From contig NC_092674.1 of assembly GCF_964355755.1 (NCBI RefSeq), positions 6,076,001 to 6,140,000 on the forward strand: a DNA stretch of 64,000 nucleotides, read 5' to 3'. The DNA comes from Antedon mediterranea (taxonomy: Eukaryota; Animalia; Echinodermata). The notes under the pieces are model-generated. The model was not told where the DNA came from and searched no databases. It was given only the letters and a program-made list of their open reading frames with translations. The position numbers were made by a program, and so were the translations under genes. This document shows, in pieces, positions 1-14,200 of this stretch. The stretch's first letter is position 1; each line of letters begins with the position of its first letter.

Positions 1-324
1 AAATCCAATAAAATATGAATAAACAGAAGTTAAAAAAGAAATTTTAAAATAATCAAAATTACCAACATTTTCTTATTTTTTTTTTATTTATTTTTTTATT
101 TCAACCACATCCAACAGCGAAAGATCGCCAATTACAGGATGCCTTAAAACTCTTTAGATATAAATATAGAATTAAAAGCACATGAAAATACAAAACATGA
201 AACATACAATATTTTATATTCATTTTTAACTTGTATTAAGTTGTATGTTACAGGGATTGCGGACACAAATGTGTTATGGCGCTCTGTTGCTGTCGCAATC
301 CCTGGACCGCTTGTTGTCGAATAA

Positions 325-354
325 AGAAATGAAATGAAATGAAATGAAATGAAA
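325..354 (+). repeat. (GAAAT)n microsatellite
   Basis: About six tandem GAAAT units. Confidence 0.85.
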
Positions 355-639
355 CAAAAAGGCAAACTTAAATCGATTTAAGAATTTTAGACTTAAATTT
401 GGACAAAAGTGTCAATAAAATATCGATAGTCTTATCCTTAATAATTATATAATCTGTTTATAATTACTATATAAAACTACAGAATAAAAGAGATATTATA
501 TCTTGGTGTATACATATTATACCTGACCTGTTAATACTAAAAAGAATTGAACGTAATTATTCTTCAAATTTGTTTATCAATTAAAATTAAACTGCTAAAA
601 AAATAGCCATTAAAGGCCAAGGAAAAAATGTTTTTTATT

Positions 640-1390
640 GTTTTTTATTATTTTTTTTATTCTCAATTTAGGCAAAAATTGCTAATTGGTAAGTGAATTC
701 ATTCTGTTTTTCTCAACAACCCTGTTCACAGGAAAACAAATACACATCAAGAAAAACTATTTATTATTTTTTTATTATTTTGTTTATTCTCAATTTAGGC
801 AAAAATTGTTAATTGGTAAGTGAATTCATTCTGTTTTTCTCAACAACCCTGTTCACAGGAAAAACATATACACATCAAGAAAAACTATTTTTTATTTTTT
901 TATTATTTTGTTTATTCTCAATTTAGGCAAAAATTGCTAATTGGTAAGTGAATTCATTCTGTTTTTCTCAACAACCCTGTTCACAGGAAAAACAAATACA
1001 CATCAAGAAAAACTATTTTTTATTTTTTTATTATTTTGTTTATTCTCAATTTAGGCAAAAATTGCTAATTGGTAAGTGAATTCATTCTGTTTTTCTCAAC
1101 AACCCTGTTCACAGGAAAAACAAATACACATCAAGAAAAACTATTTTTTATTTTTTTATTATTTTGTTTATTCTCAATTTAGGCAAAAATTGCTAATTGG
1201 TAAGTGAATTCATTCTGTTTTTCTCAACAACCCTGTTCACAGGAAAAACAAATACACATCAAGAAAAACTATTTTTTATTTTTTTATTATTTTGTTTATT
1301 CTCAATTTAGGCAAAAATTGCTAATTGGTAAGTGAATTCATTCTGTTTTTCTCAACAACCCTGTTTACAGGAAAAACATACACATCAAGA
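640..1390 (+). repeat. 128-bp tandem repeat x6, each unit carrying AG|GCAAAAATTGCTAATTG|GTAAGT
   Basis: tctcaatttagg recurs at 661, 788, 916, 1044, 1172 and 1300. Confidence 0.95.
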
Positions 1391-2292
1391 TGTTCTATTC
1401 TACTTTTGTAGACAATTTTGTCTTCAGTGTTTTAACATTTTCCCTATTCTTTCCAATATACTGACACGTGACATTCTAAATGTAATAAGGGTACTTAGCT
1501 GTATTTTCGTAACCTTCATTCGTATTGGTTTGCAAATGTGATTGCCATGGTTACCACCATAACTTTGATATTTGAAGGGTTATTCAAGAGTTATTCAAAT
1601 AATTTTAAAATGGACATTTAATTAATATTTTAGAGGACTCTGTTTTAATTGATTTCTAGAATGAATATATCAGAATCTTTTTTTGCTTGTAAAAAAATAA
1701 GATTCATTATTATATAAGTTCTATAAAAGTGAGAATATTAAATATGTATATGTATATATATATATATGTATATATATATGTCCCCCCCCCCCCCCCAAAA
1801 ATAATTCTTAAAAATGTTGTTCAATATGCCATTTTAATGAAACATATTAGTTGGCCATTTTGATAAAAAATTTGATGGAAAAAATGTATTTACCTGAAAA
1901 AACTGTAATTTAAAGCAAAAAAAAAAGAGTCAAATTGGCTGCCAGTTTTTGGTTGAACTTAACCATTTATTTTGTATTTTTATAAGTGAAAACATAATTT
2001 TGTTTTTTTATAAGGAAGTAATTAACTTTGTTAAAACTATATATATAGCTTTTCAAATTCTGATTTTATTAACCTTCATTTTCCATGTTCTTGGGGACAA
2101 TACATCATTAAGAAATATAGGCTATATTTATATGTATTAACTTATTTTATTTATGCGAATGGAAACATTGAGTGGTGCGCATGCATATTAATATTTTAAC
2201 CTACTTTTTATGATGTGAAAATTATGCCAACAATATAATTTAATAAGTTTTTAATATTTGCTTTAATTAAACATTTTTTTTTTCTCTTTAAG

Positions 2293-5200
2293 ATGATGAA
2301 GATGATGAACTAAGTGAGTATGTAATAGACCACTCTTACGATGGTCCACATCCAACTTTCCCGCTTTCCCACGAGACAATGCTCGACTTAATTGAAGCCT
2401 TTAAGAAGAAACAAGTGCTACACACTAAATATGTGTTAAAAATCTTAAAACAAATGCAAGAATTGCTGAAAGAAAGGCCTAACATCAGTCAAGCTACGAC
2501 GGCAATCGCTAAGCAGATCACAGTGTGTGGTAAGTGGATGTCTTTTGTTATTCATATTATCTCTAATAACTCATCTATTTCAGTATGAAAATGACAATTT
2601 TGATTTTCTAGTCTCAAAAAGCCTGTCAAATACAGTAGCTATCACAATGCTGTTTAGTTTTATATATTGAAAAACTTGACAACAATCAAATGATTTGTTT
2701 TTTAATTTTGTACATTTATTTCATTAAAGATATATTGTTCTAAAAATATAATTTGTTTACAATTTGTGTTGAATATGCCATTTGAATGTCACAGAACAGT
2801 TATTTCACCAAAAACTAGATCGGAAAAAAAAAATATTTACCTAAAAAAAATTAACTTAAAGCAATCAATTGGTTAAATTTAATTATTATTTTGCCTTTTT
2901 ATAAGTGAAAGCATTTTTTTTTTCTACGAAAGTGATTAACTTTATTAAAGCTGCAAAATAGACTATTCAAAGTCTGATTTATATTAATCTTCCATTTTTC
3001 ATGATTTTGGAGGATAATACATTTTTAAGTATAAAAACTTGACGACAATCAAATGATTTTTAATTTTGTCCATCTATTTCATTAATTTATATCCTTGGAA
3101 TTAATTAATCTTGCGCCAATATATGCCAGCCGCCGTTTCTCTAGCCTCAACAATTTAGGCCAGCCGCTGTTTCTCAACAATATAGTGAGTAGCCTAGCAT
3201 TATGTAACCAAGTTTTATGTAGTTTACCATAACAATGCACATTATCAATCCATACAGCAAAGAGCTCTATGATTAATTGGTATAAAATCAATAGTAGCTA
3301 TTTAACTGTAGTATAATTCTAAAATCATTTTCAATTAAGAATAATCTGATTACCTGTTATTGCAACCTTCCTAAACAAACATCTTTATATTTACACGGTT
3401 AACAGCATTGTAAATATCACCACCTGCGTTAAATAATATATATAAATAAATCCAAAGGCAAATTACTGAAAATAATTACAATGCTGTGGGTATTAGTGGC
3501 TGGATGTCAATGTACAAAATAAAATAAGCTAAAAGCTAAATAAAAAATCAAGTTTGACCAAATTAAAATAATGTAAGATTTCAGGCCTGTATGCAACATT
3601 TATAATGGGGGGGGGGGGGGGTGTGTGCGAGGTAAGCGAGCAACAATGGCTGGGGGGGGGGGGCCGCCAAGGGCCCCCGGTCAGGGTCCAGGGGCAAAAT
3701 TTGCGTTATTTGACGTTCTAAAGACTGATTTAAGAGTCTCTGTTGTGGCTTGGGCTAGTTGAACGATGAACACCAGAACTTAACGCTTTCATGATGAGGC
3801 CAACTCAGACAGCGTCGTACGACGCTGTCTGAGTTGGCCTTCCCTTGTTTAGGCGCCGTATTCGATAGTGTCTGTATTTCCAGACACGTCTTTACCGCCG
3901 GTTAAGTTGTCTGTATTTCCAGCAAACACTTTACCGCGTACCGCGTACATGAAGCGCTAAGCTATTGCTTGTCGTCACATGATCGACTGCGCATGTTTTA
4001 CATCGAGTTTGTAGTCAGTTCAGATTCCGTAATTTAATTACCGGTATTTTTTCATTTTATATTAGCATATTTTTGTTTGTATACCATTGATAATGTAAAT
4101 TTTGTATATATATAATGATATTGTCTTTAGTTAAACAAGACAAGAAAAAATACCAACCGAGGAAATAGTGGACCTTTTGGGACTTGGGGGGGGGGGGGGT
4201 GCGTCTGCACCCAACGCACCCCCTCTGGATACGGGCCTGGATTTAAATACAACACTGATGTTGCTATGGACCCTTCCTCATCCCAATTTTGACTAACTCT
4301 CAATGAAAAATAACTACTAAATTATTTAAATACAGTATATGCAACAGAGGGATACTTTATACCACCATACATTCACACTGATGAGCCTAATTGCTCGTTT
4401 GTAGATAATGATCAAATTTGTAAATTGTTTATAGTATAATTGTTGAAAATCATTCTACTGCAATTACTGCAGTAATTACATTTTCTTAATGCAATAATTA
4501 TAACATTACTTGAATATTTAGTTTTTTTTCAATGTAATAGTTTCAAAGAAACCATGTCATGGTGAACCTAAAATAAAGATATATTAAACAAAATGTCGTT
4601 ACTGCAGTAACTGGAGTAGAACACTTTTTACATGAACTCCGATAAAGATAGGTTGAACATATTTGCGTCATGTATTTAAAAGTGCCTAATATGTCATTAA
4701 ATGAATTCAGATTCATATACTAAATGTTATTTGGTTGTTATGTTGGTTGCCATGCTGTTGATTGCGTTTCTAGATAATTCTATCATAACAATAGGCTATT
4801 CTAATATGACAAATTCAGCTATTATTATAAAGAAGTTAATATTATTATTATTTTATGACATAATTAGTTTGATTCTGGACATATCTTTTGTCATCCGTAT
4901 GATGGTGGCTATTGAAGACATTTCCATATATATTCATTTCCTGAAAACACAATTAAAAGTAATTTAGAATAATCATATTAATGATTAAAATTGGTATACA
5001 AGCATCCTAATGAGATGGACAAGTTAATTAAAAATATTGATAATAAATATATTGCCGCAGTGTGTCGGACGTTGGGACTACTGATCGTGAGACCGAGTTT
5101 CGAATCCAACCCTCGCCGCATTGCTTGTATCTGGCAAGATACTTTACTTATGTTTGCCTCTCTCCACCAAGGTGTATAAATGGGTACCCGGTTAGATCAA

Positions 5201-8200
5201 GACACAACTTTGCGCTGATTACTAGCTGCATTGTGGAAGCATGTTTCCATACGTGTTTGATCCCCCCAAAAAAAATGACTTGGGTAATAATGTTCAGTGC
5301 ATTGAGAGCTTGCTTATATGCGCTATATAAGAATGAACTAATTATTATTATTATATAATTAGTACTTAAGGGAACATGTCAGAATTTAGTTACTACGCTA
5401 AACTACATTGTTTACTACATACCAAATGATTTTTAGTTTTTGTGTCAATGTAGCTGTCACTGCAATAAACATAAAAAGCTAAATATTTTATTTATTATAT
5501 ACAGGTTAAAGATGTCCCCCAAAAACATGAAAAATGAAGATTAATAAAATCATACTTTGAATAGGTTGTTTTCTAGTTTGCCAATTTGACTATTTTTTTA
5601 TTTCATTTACAGATTTTTCAAGTAAATAAAGATATTTTTTTTTTCGATCTAATTTTTGGTCAAAGTGGATAACTATGATGTGACATTAAAATGGCACATT
5701 CAACAAAAACAATTTTAAATAATTATTTTTTCCGGGGGGCAATACATCTTTTAATAGTAAGCAAAATGTTTTACTTCAGGGACTGCAGTAAAACTGTTTT
5801 GACATTTTCCCTAAGCATATCCTAATAAATGAACACAATTAAAATTGCATTATACTGTACAGGTGTTTTTTTTTTAAAAGGAACATTTCCTCAACCAATT
5901 AAAATACAGTAGTATTACGTTAAAACTGATCAATAAAGTATAAATTAAAGGTGTCTTATATTACTCTAGATACCATTTATTTACGGTATCAACAATTCCA
6001 TTCAACAATGGTTGCTAAGTAAACAATCTAAGTTATATAATCAAGTACATGTTCCATGTAATATGAATTGTATTGACTATCTGACTATAAATGCACAATA
6101 TATCAATGGTTTACCAACATCCTACACGCAATATATAGATGGTGAAAAAGACTAGAAAATGTGTATGTATATATTACGCTGTGTAATCAGGAAAAATAAG
6201 ATTTATGAAAACAGATTTTGGATAGGCCCTATTTTGCAGTTTTAATGAAGTTATTCACTTCCATAGAAAAAACGCACAAAAATAATGATTTCACTTATCA
6301 AAAGACAAAATAAACAGTTAAATTCAACCAAAAAGTTGTTAACAGAAGTAACTAATAATGAATGATTGTAACAGAATTGAAATCTTTGTAAATTGTATAA
6401 AGTTTCAATGCAATACAGAGTTACTGCTAGTTGTTTGTACCAGTTGTGCATGAATATATTTTGGTTGAATAAATAAAAGTGTGGCAAAGAGTGAAATTAG
6501 ACAAACCCACAAAAAACATATGCAGATATTAAAATTATATAATTAATAAAAAATGATTGTGGCATACTATAAAATGAAATACTGTATAAATGCATTTTAA
6601 TTTGTTTGGAATAAACGAATAAGAATACTTATGATAAAATGATTCCATAAAAAGTGAACTTAATGCAAAGTTGAATAATGGGAGAGATGTGAAGAATTGC
6701 TTTATTGAAAGATATTTATAAAATAATTTTTCATTAAAGGTCAAACCTTTTTGTTTTTGTAGGTGACCTTCATGGGAAAATTGAAGACTTATTTTTAATC
6801 TTTTATAAGGTAAGGTAATTGAAATTTTCTTTGGTTTTCTCTCAGTTATACTTTTTGTATTTTGTGTAAGTGTTGTCAAATGACTCATTTTTATATACTG
6901 ACATGTCTTTTAGATGCAATGGCGTCAATCGGTTTTGAATGCTAGTGGGGTGGGGTAAGGACGCAAAAAACAAAAGACAGGGTGTCTAACTTTACTGTTG
7001 CAGCTTTATACACATTTTATGTGTTCACTCTATAAAATTTAGGGTGGTGGGGAAATCCCCCAAGATATCTACGTGCCAATGCATGTAGATGTAGTATTTA
7101 ATGTAGGCCTATTAAATATTCAGTATAGTAATTTTATTTATTCTTGACAAGCATTCATATGTACCTTTGTTTTAAGTTTCTGCTTTATATATAATATTTT
7201 TATTTAGAACGGCATCCCATCTGCTGACAATCCTTACATCTTTAATGGTGATTTTGTAGATCGAGGGGAAAACTCCATCGAAATTGCCATGTTGTTGTTT
7301 GGCTTTCAAATAGTTTATCCTAATGAGGTTTACATCAACAGGGGAAATCATGAAGACCATATTATGAATCTCAGGTAAGGCAATTTTTAATATATTTTTT
7401 CTTTTCTCAAATTTCATATGCATCCAACAGTGAGTAACTCGCCAATTACAGGATGGATAAACTATTTAATAAATTATCTTGCTTATAAAATAAGTCTCAT
7501 TTGAGGCTTAGGGAGTAGAGTTGAAAGATTCGTGACTGACACCCTGCACAAGGTCAGGATTGAACCCTGGACCTAGGTCAGGATTGAACCCTGGCACTAG
7601 GTCAGGATTGAACCCTGGCACTAGATCAGGATTGAACCCTGGCACTAGATCAGGATTGAACCCGAGACCTTGAGATTGAAAGGCAAGCATGTTAACCACC
7701 AAGCTACAGCTCGACTCCGTTATTACTGTAGTTAAATCATAGTGGACTGGATTCTTTCACAAAGCATATAATCCTTCAAAAACGTAGCTTCCAAAATTCA
7801 ATAATCATATCACACTGACAGCTTGCCTTTACAGTTTATAGTCCAATGTGTCATTTTGCGCACTTTCAATGATAATAAGTTAGCTATTGAAATTCATTAT
7901 CTATTTGTTTTATGTCTATATTTAATTTTAGATATGGTTTGATTCGTGAGTTACAAGTCAAATACAAGGTCAGTAAAACAAACAGTTTAATAAAAAGTAT
8001 GATTCAGGAAATTCGTATTAATTCATAACAAATACATTAAAAATCCTATTTCTTTGGGACCTAATAAACTGTCCCCTTAATGGGGGTATCCCCTGAATCC
8101 GGGTTGGCCATAGTGTTAAAAAATATACAGTACTGCCTCAAGCATCCTTGCCACAGTTTTTTAATTAATTTTTGAAATATTTTTTTTCCTCCATGAGTTT

Positions 8201-11200
8201 AGGTTGATGTTCAAATATTTTAATAATAAATTATTATTATTTATTTAAAAAAATTTTTGAGATAAACTTTGTAATGTTTAAAAAAAAAAATTAATTACAA
8301 AAATATTGATTTTCAGAGTTATACTCAGGTTATTCTAAAAGAGTTAGCTCATGTGTTTGGTTGGTTGCCAATAGTTACGTTGATCGACAAGAAGATTTTA
8401 GTATGCCATGGAGGCGTGTCTGACATGACAGATTTGGAATATCTTAGTACAATTGAACGACAGAAGGTATTAGATAAAAGAGAAATAAATAAAACAATAT
8501 AAAATTATGACCTAAAGCCTTGTCTACACTATCAAATTTATGTGATGTCCCCATATATGGACATGATAATGTCATATCACTACCATATTTGGCCATGTCA
8601 ATGCCATATATGGGCACATCACATTTTTTGTCACGTAAAGTTTGATAGTGTAGACAGAGCTTTATAGTTATATGATTAAGTTCAATGATGTGATTGTATC
8701 TATATATAAATTTACGTAAGGGCAAAATTCGGTAAATCGCGCCTTACTTCTATAATTTTTACTCGATGGTATATAAAGTTGGTTCGTACTTTCGGTACTG
8801 ATTTTAACCACCTGATGTAACCCTGTTTACTAATTAAATTAAGTTAGATAATAAGTTATTGACGGTTAAAACAAATTTAGGTTCCAAGATTTGCCCCAAA
8901 TAGGGGTGTTTTCCGACCGTGGTATACACTGTATAATGGATGTCCGTCTTGAAAAATACCCGCCACAAAAATGCGAGGAGGCTTCGCATTTTCCTATCTC
9001 CTCCTACGATAATTGTTTTTAATAGCTGAAAACCGGTTGAACAGCTAGAGTACACCATCATAATGTTGAAGACAGGCCGATTTTCTTTAAAAAATACTAT
9101 TTTGATAGATTTAATATACGATTATACAAATCTATTGATTTGCGATGAATGGAACATCCCAATCTCTCAGTCTGCCAGAGTTTGGTTTAACACAAGTACT
9201 GTAGGTAAATTTATGAGCCCTTGGTTTAACACATACGGTAGGTAAATATATGGGCCCTTTGAGAATAAACTTGCGAGATTGTGGATAGGCTCTACTGTTA
9301 GATATATAAACACATTATTATATACAAATAAACTTTATACTGACAGTTCTTTCTCAACGTTTGTATTAATTAATAATTACCAAATATAAACGTCGTAGTG
9401 GTGTATCGTGACATGGTACTTTAATATTTCAATCGATTATGACAGTGACAGTTTTAACTAAACTAAATAAAGAATGTTCTCTAATATAATTAGGAATATC
9501 TTGCCATACACGGGGAAAATTAGTGTACAATGAATATTTAAAAGAAATAAATAAATAAATAAAATAAAAAAAGTATTAAATCGCAAATGTTTTACTGTAT
9601 TTAGAGGTATATTATTTATAGGCCTATAAAACATGAAAAAAATATTTCGTTACTGAGTGGATAAAGAATATATTTAAAATTGTTCCTCTTTGTACCTATC
9701 CGCTTTCCCATCCCTCAACCCTAATGTTACATACAAAACACAAATTGGGTTTCTTTAAATGAGTCCAAATCAAAAACTTGGACTCATTTTGTGATAAGTT
9801 TCTCCTTCGGAAGTAATTCCCAGGGTGCTAATTTTAGTTGACTACATAAATCATCGTGTCTATTTATTTGTTTCTGTAAACGACAATGTATAGGCCTATA
9901 GTCCTGCGGTACGTACATTTGAAATCGCCAGTTTTGTTACGCTGAAATTACTGTGTATTCGAGAACCATCTGTGGGAACGACCTAGATGGTACGCGAGCG
10001 AAGCGAGCGTACCATCTAGTACAAATAATGAATGCTAAAGGCCAATTTGCACTAACGAGCATTAACAGTAAGCGGAAACTTAAAGACCCCTTCCCTGCAA
10101 TTTTGGACGTTTTTTGGAAAATTATACATATATATCACTTTAAAAACATTAAACCATGTCATTTCTTGTCTTAAATGTACGTTTTATGGTAAATTATGAT
10201 AAAAAGTGAGAAACAATGCACTACCTAAGTAGCTCGCGGCGATCGACCTCTCGTGGACGGTCTTAGGCCTAGCCTAGCTAGGCTTAGTTTTGTAGGCCTA
10301 GCTGGTAAACATCGGTAACGTACGAACATCGTACGCGAGCTATATACCTAGCCTGACGTTGTATAGTTGCTGCATTAATTGTCTTTCTATTTTTGCCAGA
10401 CTCCGTTGATACAAATTGGGGAAAACCCGGTATTTTCGCTGAAAAGTTAGGAGTCTTCCATTTGTTTTGGCCTCACGCGATCGATCGAAAAGTGGGCGAA
10501 TTACAGGTGAAAAACAAAAATATCAATCCGCGCGCAATGCATTTTGGGATTTATAGCGGGCCGCTATAATTATTAGAATCGACTTATTTTTCACATTTTT
10601 AACCGTTTAAAGACGAAAAAAGTTATCGCAATAGGACCATATAGTATTATTTTTACATTAAATGTAGTTTGTGATCTTAAATTAGATCTAAAAAACGTAG
10701 GGAATGGGGCTTTAACCACATAGCTTGTCCCACGTATAATTTATCTTGACCGGAAACCGCCCGTCCGTTCCACGTTTTGTGTAAATGGTCATAGGAAATA
10801 ACATAGATTCTATATTTTTATTACTGTTACGGCTTGTCTGTGTAAATTCGCCTTAAAAAATTGATAATTATACCATAAAGTGAAGCCAAGTTGAATATTA
10901 AACAAAAGAAATAGGAATTTAAATTTTCTGTCCATTCTACAAATTTGTTTTTAAAACACACTACTGTACTGAACTAAAGCCCTGTCTACACTACCAAATA
11001 ACAAAAAAAATGTGATGATGTGCCCATATATGGACATGATGATGTCATATCACTACCATATTTAAGCATATCACTACCATATTTAGGCACATCACACTTT
11101 TTTTTACCACAGAGTACATATGATTAGATTAAACATACCATGTCTCCCACTCCCTGATGCGAAGAGGCGTGCCCTTTCACTTAATGTTATCATTTAGCAA

Positions 11201-14200
11201 TATAATTTTTTGTTTTCAGTATCTTTCTGTTCTTAAACCACCCTTAAAGGATGGTTCCATGTCACTAGAGGGAATTAGGGAGGAAGATATAGGAGATAGA
11301 ATTGATTTGAAGGAATGGAGACAGGTTAGTATAAAAGAAGCTCTGTCAAACTTTATGTGACAAAAAATGTAATGTGCCCATATATGGCCGTGATGATGTC
11401 ATATCACTACCATATTTAAGCATGTCACTACCATACTTGGGTGTATCATACTTTTTTTGTCAAACTAGTTTGATTGTGTAGACACAGCTTAAGACAAATT
11501 TGAGTGCATTACAGTATATTACTAATAATTAATGTTTATGAGTTGAATGGAGAGGATATTTCATGAGTTGAGAGAATGGAATTATTCTCCCATTCAATGA
11601 ATACATTCAGTTGTATAACACACCTACTGTTCTAAAGTAATCATTTATTCAACACTTTTACCATTTAGTAGAACTAATACCGAACGACACATGATAGGAA
11701 ATTAACCAATGAAAGGCAAGGATACACTCATATATTATAACAATAGACACATTAGGTTTAACATATTCTACAATGTAATATTGTTTAGGTATTGTTATTT
11801 CTCAAAGTGAAATTAACATTTAATGCTTGTTATGAAAATCATGCCGTGGGCACAATAAAATGATGGTTTAGTATTAAAGCTACTTCCATTCATAAGTGTG
11901 CAATATGGAGGGAAATTAAGGTTTTAGATTACATTACATAAGTAATCTATAATAGGCGTAGTCACAGACTATCAGTAATCTTTAGGCTACATGTTATTAG
12001 CTCTGTCTACACTATCAAACTTTATGTGACAAAAAAATGTGATGTGCCCATATATGGACATCATGATAGCACTACCATATTTGAGCATATCACTACCATA
12101 TTTGGACACATTACATTTTTTTTGTCAAACTAATTTGATAATGTAGACAAAGCTTTATATGTAGATTTTAATAAAACATTAACTTGTTTTCCAATAAACT
12201 ATTGCTATAAATATATTGCAATTAATAATGAATTTACTCTGCATCTCCCATCAATTTCCTTTTATTCATTTATTTATTAAACATTAGGCGCATTAGGCCC
12301 ATTTTGTACCCCTTGTCTCAGGTAACCCTGACTCAAGATCTTTCTGGAATCTTTCATTGTCCATTTTGTACCCCTTGTATCAGGTAACCCTGACTCAAGA
12401 TCTTTCTGGAATCTTTCATTGTCCATTTTGTACCCCTTGTATCAGGTAACCCTGACTCAAGATCTTTCTGGAATCTTTTATTGTCCATTTTGTACCCCTT
12501 GTCTCAGGTAACCCTGACTTAAGATCTTTCTGAAATCTTTCATTGTCCATTTTTTACCCCTTGTCTCAGGTAACCCTGATTCAAGATCTTTCTGGAATCT
12601 TTCTTTGTCCATTTTGTACCCCTTGTCTCAGGTAACCCTGACTCAAGATCTTTCTGGAATCTTTCATTTTCCATTTTGTACCCCTTGTCTCAGGTAACCC
12701 TGACTCCGCCCTGACTTAAGATCTTTCTGGAATCTTTCATTGTCCATTTTGTACCCCTTGTCTCAGGTAACCCTGACTTAAGATCTTTCTGAAATCTTTC
12801 ATTGTCCATTTTGTACCCCTTGTATCAGGTAACCCTGACTCAAGATCTTTCTGGAATCTTTCATTGTCCATTTTGTACCCCTTGTCTCAAGTAACCCTGA
12901 CTCAAGATCTTTCTGGAATCTTTCATTGTCCATTTTGTACCCCTTGTATCAGGTAACCCTGACTCAAGATCTTTCTGGAATCTTTCATTGTCCATTTTGT
13001 ACCCCTTGTCTCAGGTAACCCTGACTCAAGATCTTTCTGGAATCTTTCATTGTCCATTTTGTACCCCTTGTCTCAGGTAACCCTGACTCAAGATCTTTCT
13101 GGAATCTTTCATTCTTCATTTTTTAATTTTAAAGTAAAATACTATGCTTTTCCCCCTTTTTTATTCCATTATTGTACACACACAAAAAAAAGCATATAAA
13201 TGTTATATTTAATTGAAACTACTATAGTAAAGGCCCATTTACACTAGGGTGATACCGATCGACGATAAAAAGATAAATATGCATTTTCCATACCTAAAAC
13301 AAAAGAATTTTAAAAAGTTTTCATCCTAGAACTATAGGATTATCATCTATGCTGCCTTTAATAAAAATAATATTTCCACATGTCCAATCAAATGACGTCA
13401 TGATTAGTAAGAGCAATAATATCGTTACAATACAACAATTTTATTGTTTTATTGATCATGACGTCATTTGATTGAATTTTCAAAAATATTATTTTTATCA
13501 AATACAGCATACATGATTATCCTATAGTTCTAGAACGAAAACTGTTCTAATTTCTTTCGTTTTATCCAAGAAAAATGCATGTTTATCTATTTATCGTCGA
13601 TCGTAATCGCCCTATTGTAAATGGGCCTTAATGAGATAAATACTCTGTGACTAAAGCTCTGTCTACACTATCAAACTAGTTTGACAAAAAAAGTGTGATG
13701 TACCCAAATATGGTAGTGATATGACATCATCAATATGTCCATATTTGGGCACATCACATTTTTTTGTCACATAAAGTTATAGACAGAGATTTAGAATATG
13801 CTATTTATGATAATTTGTTTTATTTGTCTAGGTTCTGGATGTGTTATGGAGTGATCCTAAGCCACAACCAGGCTGCACACCAAATAAGTTCAGAGGTGGA
13901 GGGTGCTATTTTGGACCAGATGTAACAAAAGCTATCTTAGAAAAACACAATTTGAAATTGTTAATTCGATCTCATGAATGTAAACAGAATGGATATGAGT
14001 ACTCACATGATGGGAAGGTAATGACTCTAAAACAGTAATATTCGCAGGGACGTGACCTCTGCAAAATATGCAATGCAATCTCTGTGTGGGTTGTCAAAAG
14101 CCTCTGTGAAAAAGTGTTCAGGTTAAAACCTTACTAACCGTACTGGTGGATACGGCCATGATATATAGCAGTATGTTTTCCACCATATCATTATTGAGTT

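Noticed and set aside
7508-7702. ORF with GFNPDLVP repeats
   Set aside because: Translation of the 24-bp SINE B-box repeat.
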